Below, in pieces: positions 1-7,703 of a stretch of DNA of 64,000 nucleotides (the stretch's first letter is position 1; every line of letters starts with the position of its first letter). The translations under genes and the position numbers were made by a program. The notes beneath the pieces were generated by a model. That model saw nothing but the letters and a program-made list of their open reading frames with translations, made no database searches and had not been told where the DNA came from. The stretch comes from Trueperaceae bacterium (GTDB lineage Bacteria; Deinococcota; Deinococci; Deinococcales; Trueperaceae): positions 2,912,001 through 2,976,000 of the forward strand of contig OZ243927.1 of NCBI GenBank assembly GCA_965213925.1. The letters run 5' to 3'.

Positions 1-197
1 GAACCGCGTCTTGAACTTCTTCTGAAGTGAGGCACCTGCTGCAATAGACGCGCGCGTCAGCCACACGGCAAAGCCTCCATCAGCAACGGTTCAAAGTTAG
101 GCGAGGAAGACCGACAGGCTGAGCACCTTGCACGGCGGCAACAGAAGTGCACCCCGGTTGTAAGAACGCTGTGACACCCATTGAGATAAGCTTTTAG

Positions 198-1355
198 ATG
201 ATGAAGACGTCTCGCGACAAGGTCACTAGGCTGCCTGAGGAGGCGCAGATACGCCGCCGCTTCTACCTGATCGCAATGGCGCTAGGGCTCGCTTCAGCCG
301 CTCTCCCAACGTTGTTGGGCGACTTCGCCTGGTTCGGCAGTCCTTACGAGACGCTGGTGCCGCTGACGCTCGGCGCGACTGCCTTCCTCGCGCTCCTGCT
401 GTGGATACGCCCCGGCAGCCTGCAGGCAGTTGAGGTGGGCGTGTTCGGCGTGATAGTCACTTACAACCTGAGCGTGCTCGCGCTGGTCTTTTACCTTCAC
501 CCTAACCCTTACGCTGAGGAATACATCTACGCCTATAAGATGTTCTCCCCGCTGCTGTACATGTGGGCGTTTTTGACCTTCGGACGGCGTGATGGGCTCT
601 TAGCCTCGCTCCTCTTCGTGATGAGCGCTTTTCTGCTCGCCGCCCCCTACCTGCTCCGGCTGGTCCCTACCCAGGTCGATCACGAGGGCGTCATCTTCTT
701 CTTTCTCGTCACGTCCGCTGTCAGTAGCGTCTATACCGCCATGCTCTACGCCCTCGCCTACTTTTTGGAGGCGAGCAACCAAGCGCACGCCCGCGCCGAG
801 GTGCTCGCCGAGCTCGCCTACACGGACCCACTCACCGGGCTGCCCAACCGCCTATGCTTCGACGCGCACCTGGTCCAGGCGGTCGACGCCGCCCGCACCG
901 GGAGCAGCTTCGCCCTGGCGTTCATCGACCTCGACGACTTCAAGAGAGTGAATGACACGCTCGGTCATCAGGCGGGTGACGTGCTCCTCAAAGCGGTAGC
1001 GGCGCGCCTGCAGGAACCGCTGCGCACCTCGGACCTGCTCGCGCGCGTGAGCGGGGACGAGTTCGCGCTAATTCTGCCAGGTGTCGAGACGGCTGCAGAG
1101 GTCAAGCGTGTGGCTGCCAAGCTGCTCGGCGCGCTCGAGACGCCGTTCGACCTAGGAGAAGCCTGCCATCAAGCGAGTATCAGCATCGGCTTCGCGCTCT
1201 GTACGCAGCAAGCTGCCACCCCTGAAACGTTGCTCGTCCAGGCGGATCAGGCGATGTACGCCGTCAAGCGGCGGGGCAAGGGCGGCTTCCACTTGGGCAG
1301 CCTTAGAGAAGAGACGACGGTAACAGCGGTGTACCTTGACACACCACCTGCCTAG
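198..1355 (+). CDS. Membrane-anchored diguanylate cyclase (GGDEF domain)
   Basis: Several hydrophobic N-terminal helices; DPLTGLPNR, FIDLDDFKRVNDTLGH and SGDEF motifs. Confidence 0.9.
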   Translation: MMKTSRDKVTRLPEEAQIRRRFYLIAMALGLASAALPTLLGDFAWFGSPYETLVPLTLGATAFLALLLWIRPGSLQAVEVGVFGVIVTYNLSVLALVFYLHPNPYAEEYIYAYKMFSPLLYMWAFLTFGRRDGLLASLLFVMSAFLLAAPYLLRLVPTQVDHEGVIFFFLVTSAVSSVYTAMLYALAYFLEASNQAHARAEVLAELAYTDPLTGLPNRLCFDAHLVQAVDAARTGSSFALAFIDLDDFKRVNDTLGHQAGDVLLKAVAARLQEPLRTSDLLARVSGDEFALILPGVETAAEVKRVAAKLLGALETPFDLGEACHQASISIGFALCTQQAATPETLLVQADQAMYAVKRRGKGGFHLGSLREETTVTAVYLDTPPA

Positions 1356-1656
1356 CGCGGCAGGTGGTATGAGCTGCTACGGGCATGATGCTGTCTATTC
1401 CTGAGGGGTGAGCACTTCTGTAGGAGTTGCGCGCGTTCGCTGCACAAACCTGTCTTGCCGCAACATGGAGCGTCAGGTCACCTATCTAGCTCAGGCGCAG
1501 TGGGCCCGACAGGTAACGCGACCGACACGTCGCCAGCCCTGGAGCGCCCGAGAATTGGCTTGCGAGTTGATATCTCGCGTACGGATAACGGTCGAGCTAA
1601 GCCGCAACGGGCTTAGAGCACAACCTTCGTACGCAGCAACGTAGCCACCATCTACT

Positions 1657-2158
1657 TGGAGTTGGTAAGGGATGAACGGACAGAAAAGTTCAACTTACGC
1701 CGCTAACCTTTCCAAGCTCTGGGTTCCGAAATCGTTAGGACACTGATAGCCGAGACTGCTGTGCAGTCGCCAACTGTTGTAGTACATGTTGATAAATTCG
1801 CTTACGGCTGATCGAACCTTTTCTCTCGTCTCGAAATTGATCTGATAGACGAGTTCTTTAAGGTGGCGAAGAAGCTCTCGGTCCAGTCGAGCTGGTGGCT
1901 TTAGCTTCCGCAGGAACGAACGGTGTAAGCGTTGTCCAGGCACGCGCCGGTGCCAGTAAAACTGGGGCGCATCCCCTGAGCGGCTAGCTCGCGCCCATAG
2001 GCGTAGGAGGTGTACTGGCTACCCTTATCGCTGTGATGAATAAGACCCTTTTGGCAGTAACGCTGTTTCGTCGCCATGCGCAGCGCCTGAACGACGAGGT
2101 CGGTCTTCATGTTGTCCGCCACTGCGCAGCCGACGACCCGCTTGGAGAGAAGTCTTTA
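1657..2158 (-). mobile_element. IS3-family remnant (3' part of the rve integrase domain, frameshifted or deleted, plus putative right end)
   Basis: ORFs 1901-2122 (IHHSDKGSQYTS, GACLDNA) and 1695-1943 (YYNSWRLHSSLGY) are IS3 OrfB motifs in different frames; the minus strand ends ...CTGTCCGTTCATCCCTTACCAACTCCA, like an IS3 IR. Confidence 0.8.
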
Positions 2159-2207
2159 ACAGCTAGCGGGAGCGGTCCACGCGACGCGTAAGCCTTGCGA
2201 ATGCGTA

Positions 2208-2385
2208 GGGGTCTCGTTTCGCATTCTCAGCAAGAGGAGAAGGCAGATGCAGAGATTCTTTCACTTCGCTGGCGCTACGTTCAGAATGACAACAGCGGCG
2301 GCATGTCACCCTGAGCCTTTAGGCGTGAGGGTCTCGTCTTGCACTCTCGGCTAGTCAAGCACGGAATGACGAGATTCTTTCACTT
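2208..2385 (-). repeat. Intergenic MITE/REP-like palindromic repeat family A (one and a half copies)
   Basis: GAGATTCTTTCAC...GTTCAGAATGACA and TGTCACCCTGAG...GGGTCTCG match the reverse complement of 14477-14606 and 46762-46947. Confidence 0.75.
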
Positions 2386-2595
2386 CACTCATTGCTCATT
2401 CCTCATTGCTCATTGCTTTTTTTGCGAACTTCCTTACACCTCGTTTTACATGTGAAATTTGCAAGTTCTTTGTAAGCGTTCAGCGGCTAAACTCTTTTTT
2501 AGCAAGGGAGTAACACTCCCGCGCTACGAACTCTCACCGGAACAGCCGCTTTCATTCATATTCTTTATCGGATGTTCCCAGAAAAGGAGCGCACC

Positions 2596-2967
2596 ATGCG
2601 CAACAACAAGAACAAAGGCTTCACCCTCATCGAACTCCTCATCGTCATCGCCATCATCGGCATCTTAGCAGCGGTTCTCATCCCGAACTTGCTCTCGGCT
2701 CGCAGCCGCGCATACGACACGACTGCTCAGACTTGTGCTAAAGGTCTTGCAACGGCGGCTGAAATCTTTCAGATTGACAACAATACCTATGTTGGTTTTA
2801 CTGATACTTACGCGAAGGCGAACGGTGCCAACGCATGTAACGACGCTAACATTACTGTTGCTGTCGGTACACCCACCGTTGGCAATTACAGCATGACCTC
2901 TACACACGCCAACGGTAGCAAAACCTTTACAGTTACGCCTAGCGGTATCACTTCTGCTGCTAAGTAA
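2596..2967 (+). CDS. pilA: Type IV pilin (major-pilin-like)
   Basis: Class III signal KG|FTLIELLIVIAIIGILAAVLIP; AAGGAG RBS before ATG 2596; Cys pair. Confidence 0.85.
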   Translation: MRNNKNKGFTLIELLIVIAIIGILAAVLIPNLLSARSRAYDTTAQTCAKGLATAAEIFQIDNNTYVGFTDTYAKANGANACNDANITVAVGTPTVGNYSMTSTHANGSKTFTVTPSGITSAAK

Positions 2968-2987
2968 GCAGGCAAGATAATGCCCAA

Positions 2988-3023
2988 GAGAGCTGAAGCT
3001 AACTTCAGCTCTCTTTCATTTAT
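2988..3023 (+). terminator. Putative intrinsic terminator between the pilin genes
   Basis: Hairpin AGAGCTGAAG-CTAA-CTTCAGCTCT followed by a T-rich tract. Confidence 0.6.
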
Positions 3024-3072
3024 TCCTATTCCGAATGTCATGAAATGATTGAGAGAAAGGAGGGGGAAAAAG

Positions 3073-3453
3073 ATGCTTGAAAAGCGTACAGAAGGCTTCA
3101 CACTTATCGAGTTGCTTATAGTTATTGCAATTATCGGTATTCTTGCTGCCGTGATGATTCCTAATCTTTTAGCCGCTAGACAGAAAGCTGATGAAAGCGT
3201 CATTCAAGGTTATATACGTTTTGTCGTTTTAGGCGTAGAATCTAAGCGGGATTACGCAAGTTCAACGCTTCCCGACGCCTCTTTGTCTTGTATGCAATTA
3301 GCAGGAAAAGACCCCGAACCTGGTAGCGTTAAGCGTTGTAAGTACGAACCTAATGCGGCAGCCGAAACTTACACCATCACGGCTGAAAGTCCTTCGGGGA
3401 AAGTTTTTCAGTATCAGAGCGATGGCGATATTGTTTCAGTCGCAAGCTACTAA
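3073..3453 (+). CDS. Second type IV pilin-like protein
   Basis: EG|FTLIELLIVIAIIGILAAVMIP prepilin motif; AT-rich coding sequence. Confidence 0.85.
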   Translation: MLEKRTEGFTLIELLIVIAIIGILAAVMIPNLLAARQKADESVIQGYIRFVVLGVESKRDYASSTLPDASLSCMQLAGKDPEPGSVKRCKYEPNAAAETYTITAESPSGKVFQYQSDGDIVSVASY

Positions 3454-3459
3454 GTACAT

Positions 3460-3541
3460 CATCACCCTGTCTTCATCCAGGCGGCTTCTTTAGCCGTCTT
3501 TTTCCTTTGCCCCACTTCACGTGCTGTATCATAGAACCATG
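3460..3541 (+). repeat. Array repeat R1 (partial: hairpin and T tract, then a TATCAT -10 and ATG)
   Basis: CATCACCCTGT...CCAGGCGGCTTCTTTAGCCGTCTTTTTC, core at 3477. Confidence 0.9.
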
Positions 3542-3742
3542 AGCATCTCTAAGCAAATGATAGAACCTGAATATATCGTTGATCATGAAGGGCGTAAGAC
3601 AAAAGTTGTCTTGCCGATTGAGGCGTATGAAGAACTGTTAGAAGACCTTCACGACTTAGCTGTCGCTTTTGAGAGGCGTGATGAACCTCTTCTTGCTTGG
3701 GAAGATGTGAGGCGTGACTTAGAGGAAGATGGCGCGTTATAA
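3539..3742 (+). CDS. Antitoxin (RelB/StbD-like), cassette 1
   Basis: Small acidic protein (VVLPIEAYEELLEDLHDL...WEDVRRDL) overlapping a RelE gene; leaderless ATG 6 nt after TATCAT. Confidence 0.75.
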   Translation: MSISKQMIEPEYIVDHEGRKTKVVLPIEAYEELLEDLHDLAVAFERRDEPLLAWEDVRRDLEEDGAL

Positions 3743-3995
3743 GCTGCTTGCTCGTTCGTCCTTTCGGAAAGACCTCAAAAGGTTATCCAAAGACGTTGCC
3801 GAGCGGGTGTCGGCTAAAGTTGAGAGTCTAGCCGACGACCCTTTCCCAGCGGATAGCAAAAAGTTGCAGGGTCATAGAGGGCTTTACCGTGTGCGAGTGG
3901 GCGCGTATCGGGTTGTATATGAGGTAGATCAAGAGGTCAAAATTATCGCCCTAACGTATGCGCGTCACCGGAAAGATGTCTACCGAAACCTCTAA
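3729..3995 (+). CDS. RelE/ParE-family toxin, cassette 1
   Basis: 88 aa, basic; KKLQG..LYRVRVGAYRVVYEVD...HRKDVYR motif. Confidence 0.9.
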   Translation: MARYKLLARSSFRKDLKRLSKDVAERVSAKVESLADDPFPADSKKLQGHRGLYRVRVGAYRVVYEVDQEVKIIALTYARHRKDVYRNL

Positions 3996-4001
3996 ACTTA
4001 G

Positions 4002-4086
4002 CCTGTGAATCCAGGCGGCTTCTTTAGCCGTCTTTTTCTTTGGCTTTTAGCCGCTACGGGACACACTACCTTGAGCGTATGAGCAC
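4002..4086 (+). repeat. Array repeat R2
   Basis: CCAGGCGGCTTCTTTAGCCGTCTTTTTCTTTGGCTTTTAGCCGCTAC...GCGTATGAGCAC, core at 4011. Confidence 0.95.
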
Positions 4087-4117
4087 CTGTTTGACTTTGT
4101 AGGTGTATCATTGAACC

Positions 4118-4339
4118 ATGAACCTTCATGACGTTGAAAGCGTCGCTCTACGGCTAAACCCCGAAGACCGCGCCGCGCTCGCGCACCGTTTGCTCGTCAG
4201 CTTGGACGACTTGAGCCCGGAAGAGCATGAGCGGGTATGGCTGGAAGCGGCAGAGGAGCGTGTGCGGGAGCTTAGGGAGGGCACAGTACAAGGTGTCCCT
4301 ACAAGTGACGTTCTGAGCGATGTCCGAAGAAAACTTTAG
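4118..4339 (+). CDS. Addiction-module antitoxin component, cassette 2
   Basis: AL.L..EDRA.LA..LL.SLD...W..AE.R..EL..G pattern of putative addiction module components. Confidence 0.8.
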   Translation: MNLHDVESVALRLNPEDRAALAHRLLVSLDDLSPEEHERVWLEAAEERVRELREGTVQGVPTSDVLSDVRRKL

Positions 4340-4655
4340 TGCTTTTGGCAGCCTTTTTCACCCTGCGGCAAGGCCCTGACTACTTGACGCCATAGAGTAC
4401 TACCGGAACAGGTCGCCCCATTTGGCTTCGACATTTTACGAAGATATTGAGCGCTGTCTTGAAGAGCTACTTGAGTTTCCAGAACTGGCTCCCGTTAAGC
4501 ACCCCGCCGGGGTTCGGAGTCAGCCGTTACGCCGTTTTCCGTACAGTGTGCTTTATACGGTAGACCCCGATGTTTTATATATCGTGGCTGTTGCTCATCA
4601 GAAACGCCGCCCCAACTACTGGTTACGCCGCTTAGGGCTCGAGGCGGACTCGTAG
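4320..4655 (+). pseudogene. ParE/RelE-family toxin with an in-frame stop, cassette 2
   Basis: ATG 4320 frame reads ...FHPAARP*LLDAIEYY...LRRFPYSVLY...IVAVAHQKRRPNYW; TGA at 4377-4379. Confidence 0.7.
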
Positions 4656-4665
4656 CATTGACATC

Positions 4666-4784
4666 CATCATCCTATTTTCATCCAGGCGGCTTCTTTAGC
4701 CGTTCTTTTTCTTTAGCCTTCAGCCGCCACGAGGCGTGCTATCCTAAGCGTATGAGCGCGTTTAAGCGAGCGGTAGAGCCTGAA
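4666..4784 (+). repeat. Array repeat R3
   Basis: Core CCAGGCGGCTTCTTTAGCCG at 4683; GCGTGCTATCCTAAGCGTATGAGCGCG...GTAGAGCCTGAA. Confidence 0.95.
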
Positions 4785-4795
4785 ATACGCTTGTT

Positions 4796-5179
4796 TCAGT
4801 CCAACGATAACTTTTTCCTTGCAAATGCTCTTAGTTTGGTAGCCTCGTTTTGAGCGCGTCTTGCGTCTTGTACGCTCACTTCGGGTAAATCGCCTGGATA
4901 GCGGCGAACGACGCCGAAAAGGGCGAGGAAACTAGCGGCTGTTACGGGGTCGCTGTCTGCTCGTAGCTCTGGTTCTAGTAGACTTAGTAGTCGCAACAGG
5001 TCGTGGGTACGGGGCGGCTCGATACTTTGTTCTAGTAGCGCCGCTTTGAGGTACTTTTCGGCGGCCTGGTGAAAGTCCCAAGTAGCGTTTCGGGGGTAGC
5101 GCGTAAGACCTAACTGGGCGTATTCATAATCTTCTTCAGCGTAGGCGGCCCAGCGTAGCGCCTCGCGCTTAGGCGGCAT
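4796..5179 (-). CDS. HEPN-domain protein (toxin), cassette 3
   Basis: AEEDY..A, FHQAAEKYLKA, PPRTHDLLRL and RYPG HEPN motifs. Confidence 0.85.
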   Translation of the reverse strand: MPPKREALRWAAYAEEDYEYAQLGLTRYPRNATWDFHQAAEKYLKAALLEQSIEPPRTHDLLRLLSLLEPELRADSDPVTAASFLALFGVVRRYPGDLPEVSVQDARRAQNEATKLRAFARKKLSLD

Positions 5180-5486
5180 AGAGCAAAATACCCTCTTGCG
5201 CTGCGCGTCTTGCTAGCGGTGAGCTTCTTTGGAGCCAGTGGCTTTGGCGCATCGGAACGAGGTCTATAGCGCTTTGCCTAGGCCATAGCGAGCGCTCTGC
5301 ACAGGCAGCTAGAGAGGAGAGGTCGGCGTCGTCGGGAACGATGTACAGCAAATCTACATCGCTACTCTCGTTAGCTTCACCTCGAGCCAGAGAACCGAAC
5401 AGGATAACGGCGTATGCGCCCGTTGCCTGTCCTAAACGTTCGGCAGCGCGGCTAAGCTCTGCGGGAAGGCTCTCTTTAGCTAGCAT
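5169..5486 (-). CDS. Minimal nucleotidyltransferase (MNT antitoxin), cassette 3
   Basis: LFGSLARGE...SDVDL motif; overlaps the HEPN gene. Confidence 0.9.
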   Translation of the reverse strand: MLAKESLPAELSRAAERLGQATGAYAVILFGSLARGEANESSDVDLLYIVPDDADLSSLAACAERSLWPRQSAIDLVPMRQSHWLQRSSPLARRAAQEGILLYAA

Positions 5487-5723
5487 CTAAGTCCATATCT
5501 CCTGCAAATCGTCTTCGCTGTAGAGGGCGTCTTCATCTTCCATATCTCTCATGGCATTGGACAGCGAAAAAGAGGTCCAGTCTGGTCCATCTAGTTTACC
5601 TTCTGCTTTTGGTACGGTCTTTTGAAGTAAGAACTCCGCAAAGTGCTGCTCTTCGCGCTGCTGCTGTGCGTCTAGCTGGGGCAGTAGCTCAACTACGGCT
5701 TCGATGCTCGTTTTATCTTCCAT
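5487..5723 (-). CDS. Small acidic DUF2281-like putative antitoxin (orphan), cassette 3
   Basis: L..L....Q.E...FAEFL..K N-terminus and acidic tail; leaderless start 6 nt after TAAACT. Confidence 0.55.
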   Translation of the reverse strand: MEDKTSIEAVVELLPQLDAQQQREEQHFAEFLLQKTVPKAEGKLDGPDWTSFSLSNAMRDMEDEDALYSEDDLQEIWT

Positions 5724-5735
5724 AGTTACAGTTTA

Positions 5736-5846
5736 CATCACCCTGTTACTCCAGGCGGCTTCTTTAGCCGCCTTTTTCTTTGGCTTTTAGCCGCTACTAG
5801 CCGTAACTGTTCTAAGCGTATGAGCACGTTTGAGTGAGTGGTAGAC
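5736..5846 (+). repeat. Array repeat R4
   Basis: CATCACCCTGTTACTCCAGGCGGCTTCTTTAGCCGCCTTTTTCTTTGGCTTTTAGCCGCTAC...CTAAGCGTATGAGCACG, core at 5751. Confidence 0.95.
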
Positions 5847-5850
5847 TCCT

Positions 5851-6204
5851 CTATTCCACCTCTTCAAGCATCGCCTCAACTTCGAGGCGCAACTCAGGAA
5901 GTTCTTTTTCCACTACGTCCCAGATAATCTCTAGGTCTAAACCGAAATACTGATGTGCAATGACGTTACGCAGCCCTACGATTTGACGCCAGGGAATTTC
6001 TGCGTGAGCGTCGCGGAGGTCTGTAGGGAGTTTCCCGGCAGCTTCACCGATGATGAGCAAATTAAAGGTTACAGCGTCGGCTCTTAGCGGGTCTGCGAGT
6101 AGCGTGTCGAGAGATTGATCTTTGGTGTAGGCTTCAATCTTGAGAATCGCGCCGAGAACATCGTCTAAGTAGAGCTTGACTTCACGCGACACGCCTTGCC
6201 TCAC
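5851..6204 (-). CDS. DUF86/HepT-like HEPN RNase toxin, cassette 4
   Basis: IIGEAA, EIPWRQIVGLRNVIAHQYFGLD (RX4HXY motif). Confidence 0.9.
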   Translation of the reverse strand: MRQGVSREVKLYLDDVLGAILKIEAYTKDQSLDTLLADPLRADAVTFNLLIIGEAAGKLPTDLRDAHAEIPWRQIVGLRNVIAHQYFGLDLEIIWDVVEKELPELRLEVEAMLEEVE

Positions 6205-6472
6205 TGATTACCTTATCGCGTAGGAGCGGTTTTAGACCGTCTTTGGTGATGAGGTCAACGGGACGGCCGAAAAGGTCTTCTAAGAATAGCTTGAGCCCCA
6301 TGTAGTTGCGAAAGGTCTTAGGGTGCAGGTCAACGAGAAAGTCTAGGTCGCTCGTTTCTTCTGCTTCATTCCTAGCTGTTGAGCCAAAAACGGATAGCTG
6401 CACTACACCGAAGTCTTGTAAACGGGTCCGGTATTGCTCTAGTGTTGTGCTCACGCTCTGAAGTTGGTTCAT
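6182..6472 (-). CDS. Minimal nucleotidyltransferase (MntA-like antitoxin), cassette 4
   Basis: VFGSTARNE...SDLDFLVD...LEDLFGRPVDL. Confidence 0.9.
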   Translation of the reverse strand: MNQLQSVSTTLEQYRTRLQDFGVVQLSVFGSTARNEAEETSDLDFLVDLHPKTFRNYMGLKLFLEDLFGRPVDLITKDGLKPLLRDKVISEARRVA

Positions 6473-6488
6473 CCTGCTTCGCAGTGTA

Positions 6489-6607
6489 CCTCATCCTGTT
6501 ACACCAGGCGGCTTCTTCAGCCGTCTTTTTCTTTGGCTTTCAGCCGCTACTAAGCGTGCTATCCTAAGCATATGAGCACGTTTGAGCGAATCACAGTAGA
6601 CCCTGAA
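6489..6607 (+). repeat. Array repeat R5
   Basis: Core at 6504; GCGTGCTATCCTAAGCATATGAGCACG supplies the start codon at 6572. Confidence 0.95.
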
Positions 6608-6787
6608 GTGATGTTGGGTCAGGCTGTTATTAGAGGAACACGCTTGCCCGTCTATGTCATTGTTGAAGCTGTAGCTGAGGGAAATACCATTGATGAACTC
6701 GTGCAGGCCTATCCCTTTTTAGGCGCTGAAGATGTCAGGCAGGCGCTGCTATTTGCGGCGCATCTGAGCCACGGCAATATGGCGTGA
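6572..6787 (+). CDS. DUF433-family antitoxin, cassette 5
   Basis: RITVDPEVMLGQAVIRGTRLPV...YPFL..EDVRQAL. Confidence 0.9.
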   Translation: MSTFERITVDPEVMLGQAVIRGTRLPVYVIVEAVAEGNTIDELVQAYPFLGAEDVRQALLFAAHLSHGNMA

Positions 6788-7131
6788 CCTTTCTGGTTGA
6801 TGAGAATTTACCTTTTGAGTTAGTTCAACTAGCGCAAGGTAGAGGTTTAGACGCGCTTTGGGTTCGTAATGTCATGCCGGGTGCTAAAGACAGTCTCATT
6901 TTGAAGCGTTTGAGCGAACAGCAAGAGGTATTGGTAACGAGAGATATCGGCTTCGCGAATCTAGTCTTTGGGCAGATGGTCGTGGGCGTACCTTTAGTGG
7001 GCGCGGTACTTATTCGTGAGGAGAGGTTAGAGGTCATTCGTCAGGTTTGGCTAACCTTCTTGCTAAATATGCCTACTTTTCGGGGAATTGCGGTGCTTAC
7101 GGCTAAAGGAGTGCGCGTTCGTGAGCCATGA
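6784..7131 (+). CDS. DUF5615/Mut7-like PIN toxin, cassette 5
   Basis: FLVDENLP...G.KD..I......EVLVTRD.GF; overlaps the DUF433 gene (GTGA). Confidence 0.85.
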   Translation: MTFLVDENLPFELVQLAQGRGLDALWVRNVMPGAKDSLILKRLSEQQEVLVTRDIGFANLVFGQMVVGVPLVGAVLIREERLEVIRQVWLTFLLNMPTFRGIAVLTAKGVRVREP

Positions 7132-7155
7132 TAATTCTATTGCTAAAAGGGGTCA

Positions 7156-7380
7156 ATGATGGCGTGTCCTGGAACGTGTGAACCCAAAATGATCCTCTTT
7201 CGCGGCAAGCAGAAGGGCGAAACGGTTATGATTGATGACGTGCCCGCTTTGGTTTGTCAGGTGTGCGGCGACATGGTTTTAGAACCTGATGTGGTGCGGC
7301 ACATCGAAGCACTGTTGCACTCTGAGGAAGAGCCAAGCAAGCAGTATCCTGTTTTTACGTTTGCGCAAAAAGCTGCTTAG
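7156..7380 (+). CDS. YgiT/MqsA-type zinc-finger protein (orphan antitoxin-like), cassette 5
   Basis: CPGTC...IDDVPALVCQVCGD motif. Confidence 0.75.
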   Translation: MMACPGTCEPKMILFRGKQKGETVMIDDVPALVCQVCGDMVLEPDVVRHIEALLHSEEEPSKQYPVFTFAQKAA

Positions 7381-7385
7381 CGCCC

Positions 7386-7506
7386 CATCGTCCTGTGAAT
7401 TCCAGGCGGCTTCTTTAGCCGTCTTTTTCTTTGGCTTTTAGCCGCCACTAAGCGTGCTATCCTAAGCACATGAGCACGCCCAAGCGAATCGCGGTAGAGC
7501 CGGAAT
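7386..7506 (+). repeat. Array repeat R6
   Basis: Core at 7402; GCGTGCTATCCTAAGCACATGAGCACG supplies the start codon at 7470. Confidence 0.95.
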
Positions 7507-7703
7507 ATATCACGGATCATGAGGGGCACAGAACGAAAGTCGTTTTGCCTATCGAAGCGTATGAAGCCTTGCTTAGAGCGGCGCAGCAGCCTAACAAAAC
7601 GCCGCAGAAGCGCACGTTCAGTTCGTTAGGCGCAGGCGAGGATGCCACTTTGCAGGGGGCGGAGACTCGAGACCTCATCGAGCGGGCTTGGCAGGAGCGT
7701 TGA
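7470..7703 (+). CDS. Antitoxin (apparently chimeric), cassette 6
   Basis: N-terminal ~35 aa close to the 3539 antitoxin; unrelated VapB-like C-terminus; overlaps the PIN gene. Confidence 0.75.
   Translation: MSTPKRIAVEPEYITDHEGHRTKVVLPIEAYEALLRAAQQPNKTPQKRTFSSLGAGEDATLQGAETRDLIERAWQER

Noticed and set aside
103..160. Possible c-di-GMP-II riboswitch before the GGDEF gene (GGAAG...CTGAGCACCTT...AGTGCA)
   Set aside because: Loose motif resemblance only; I could not build convincing P1 and P3 stems. An Infernal search would settle it.
1408..1644. 78-aa ORF next to the IS remnant
   Set aside because: No recognisable motif or clear translation signal.
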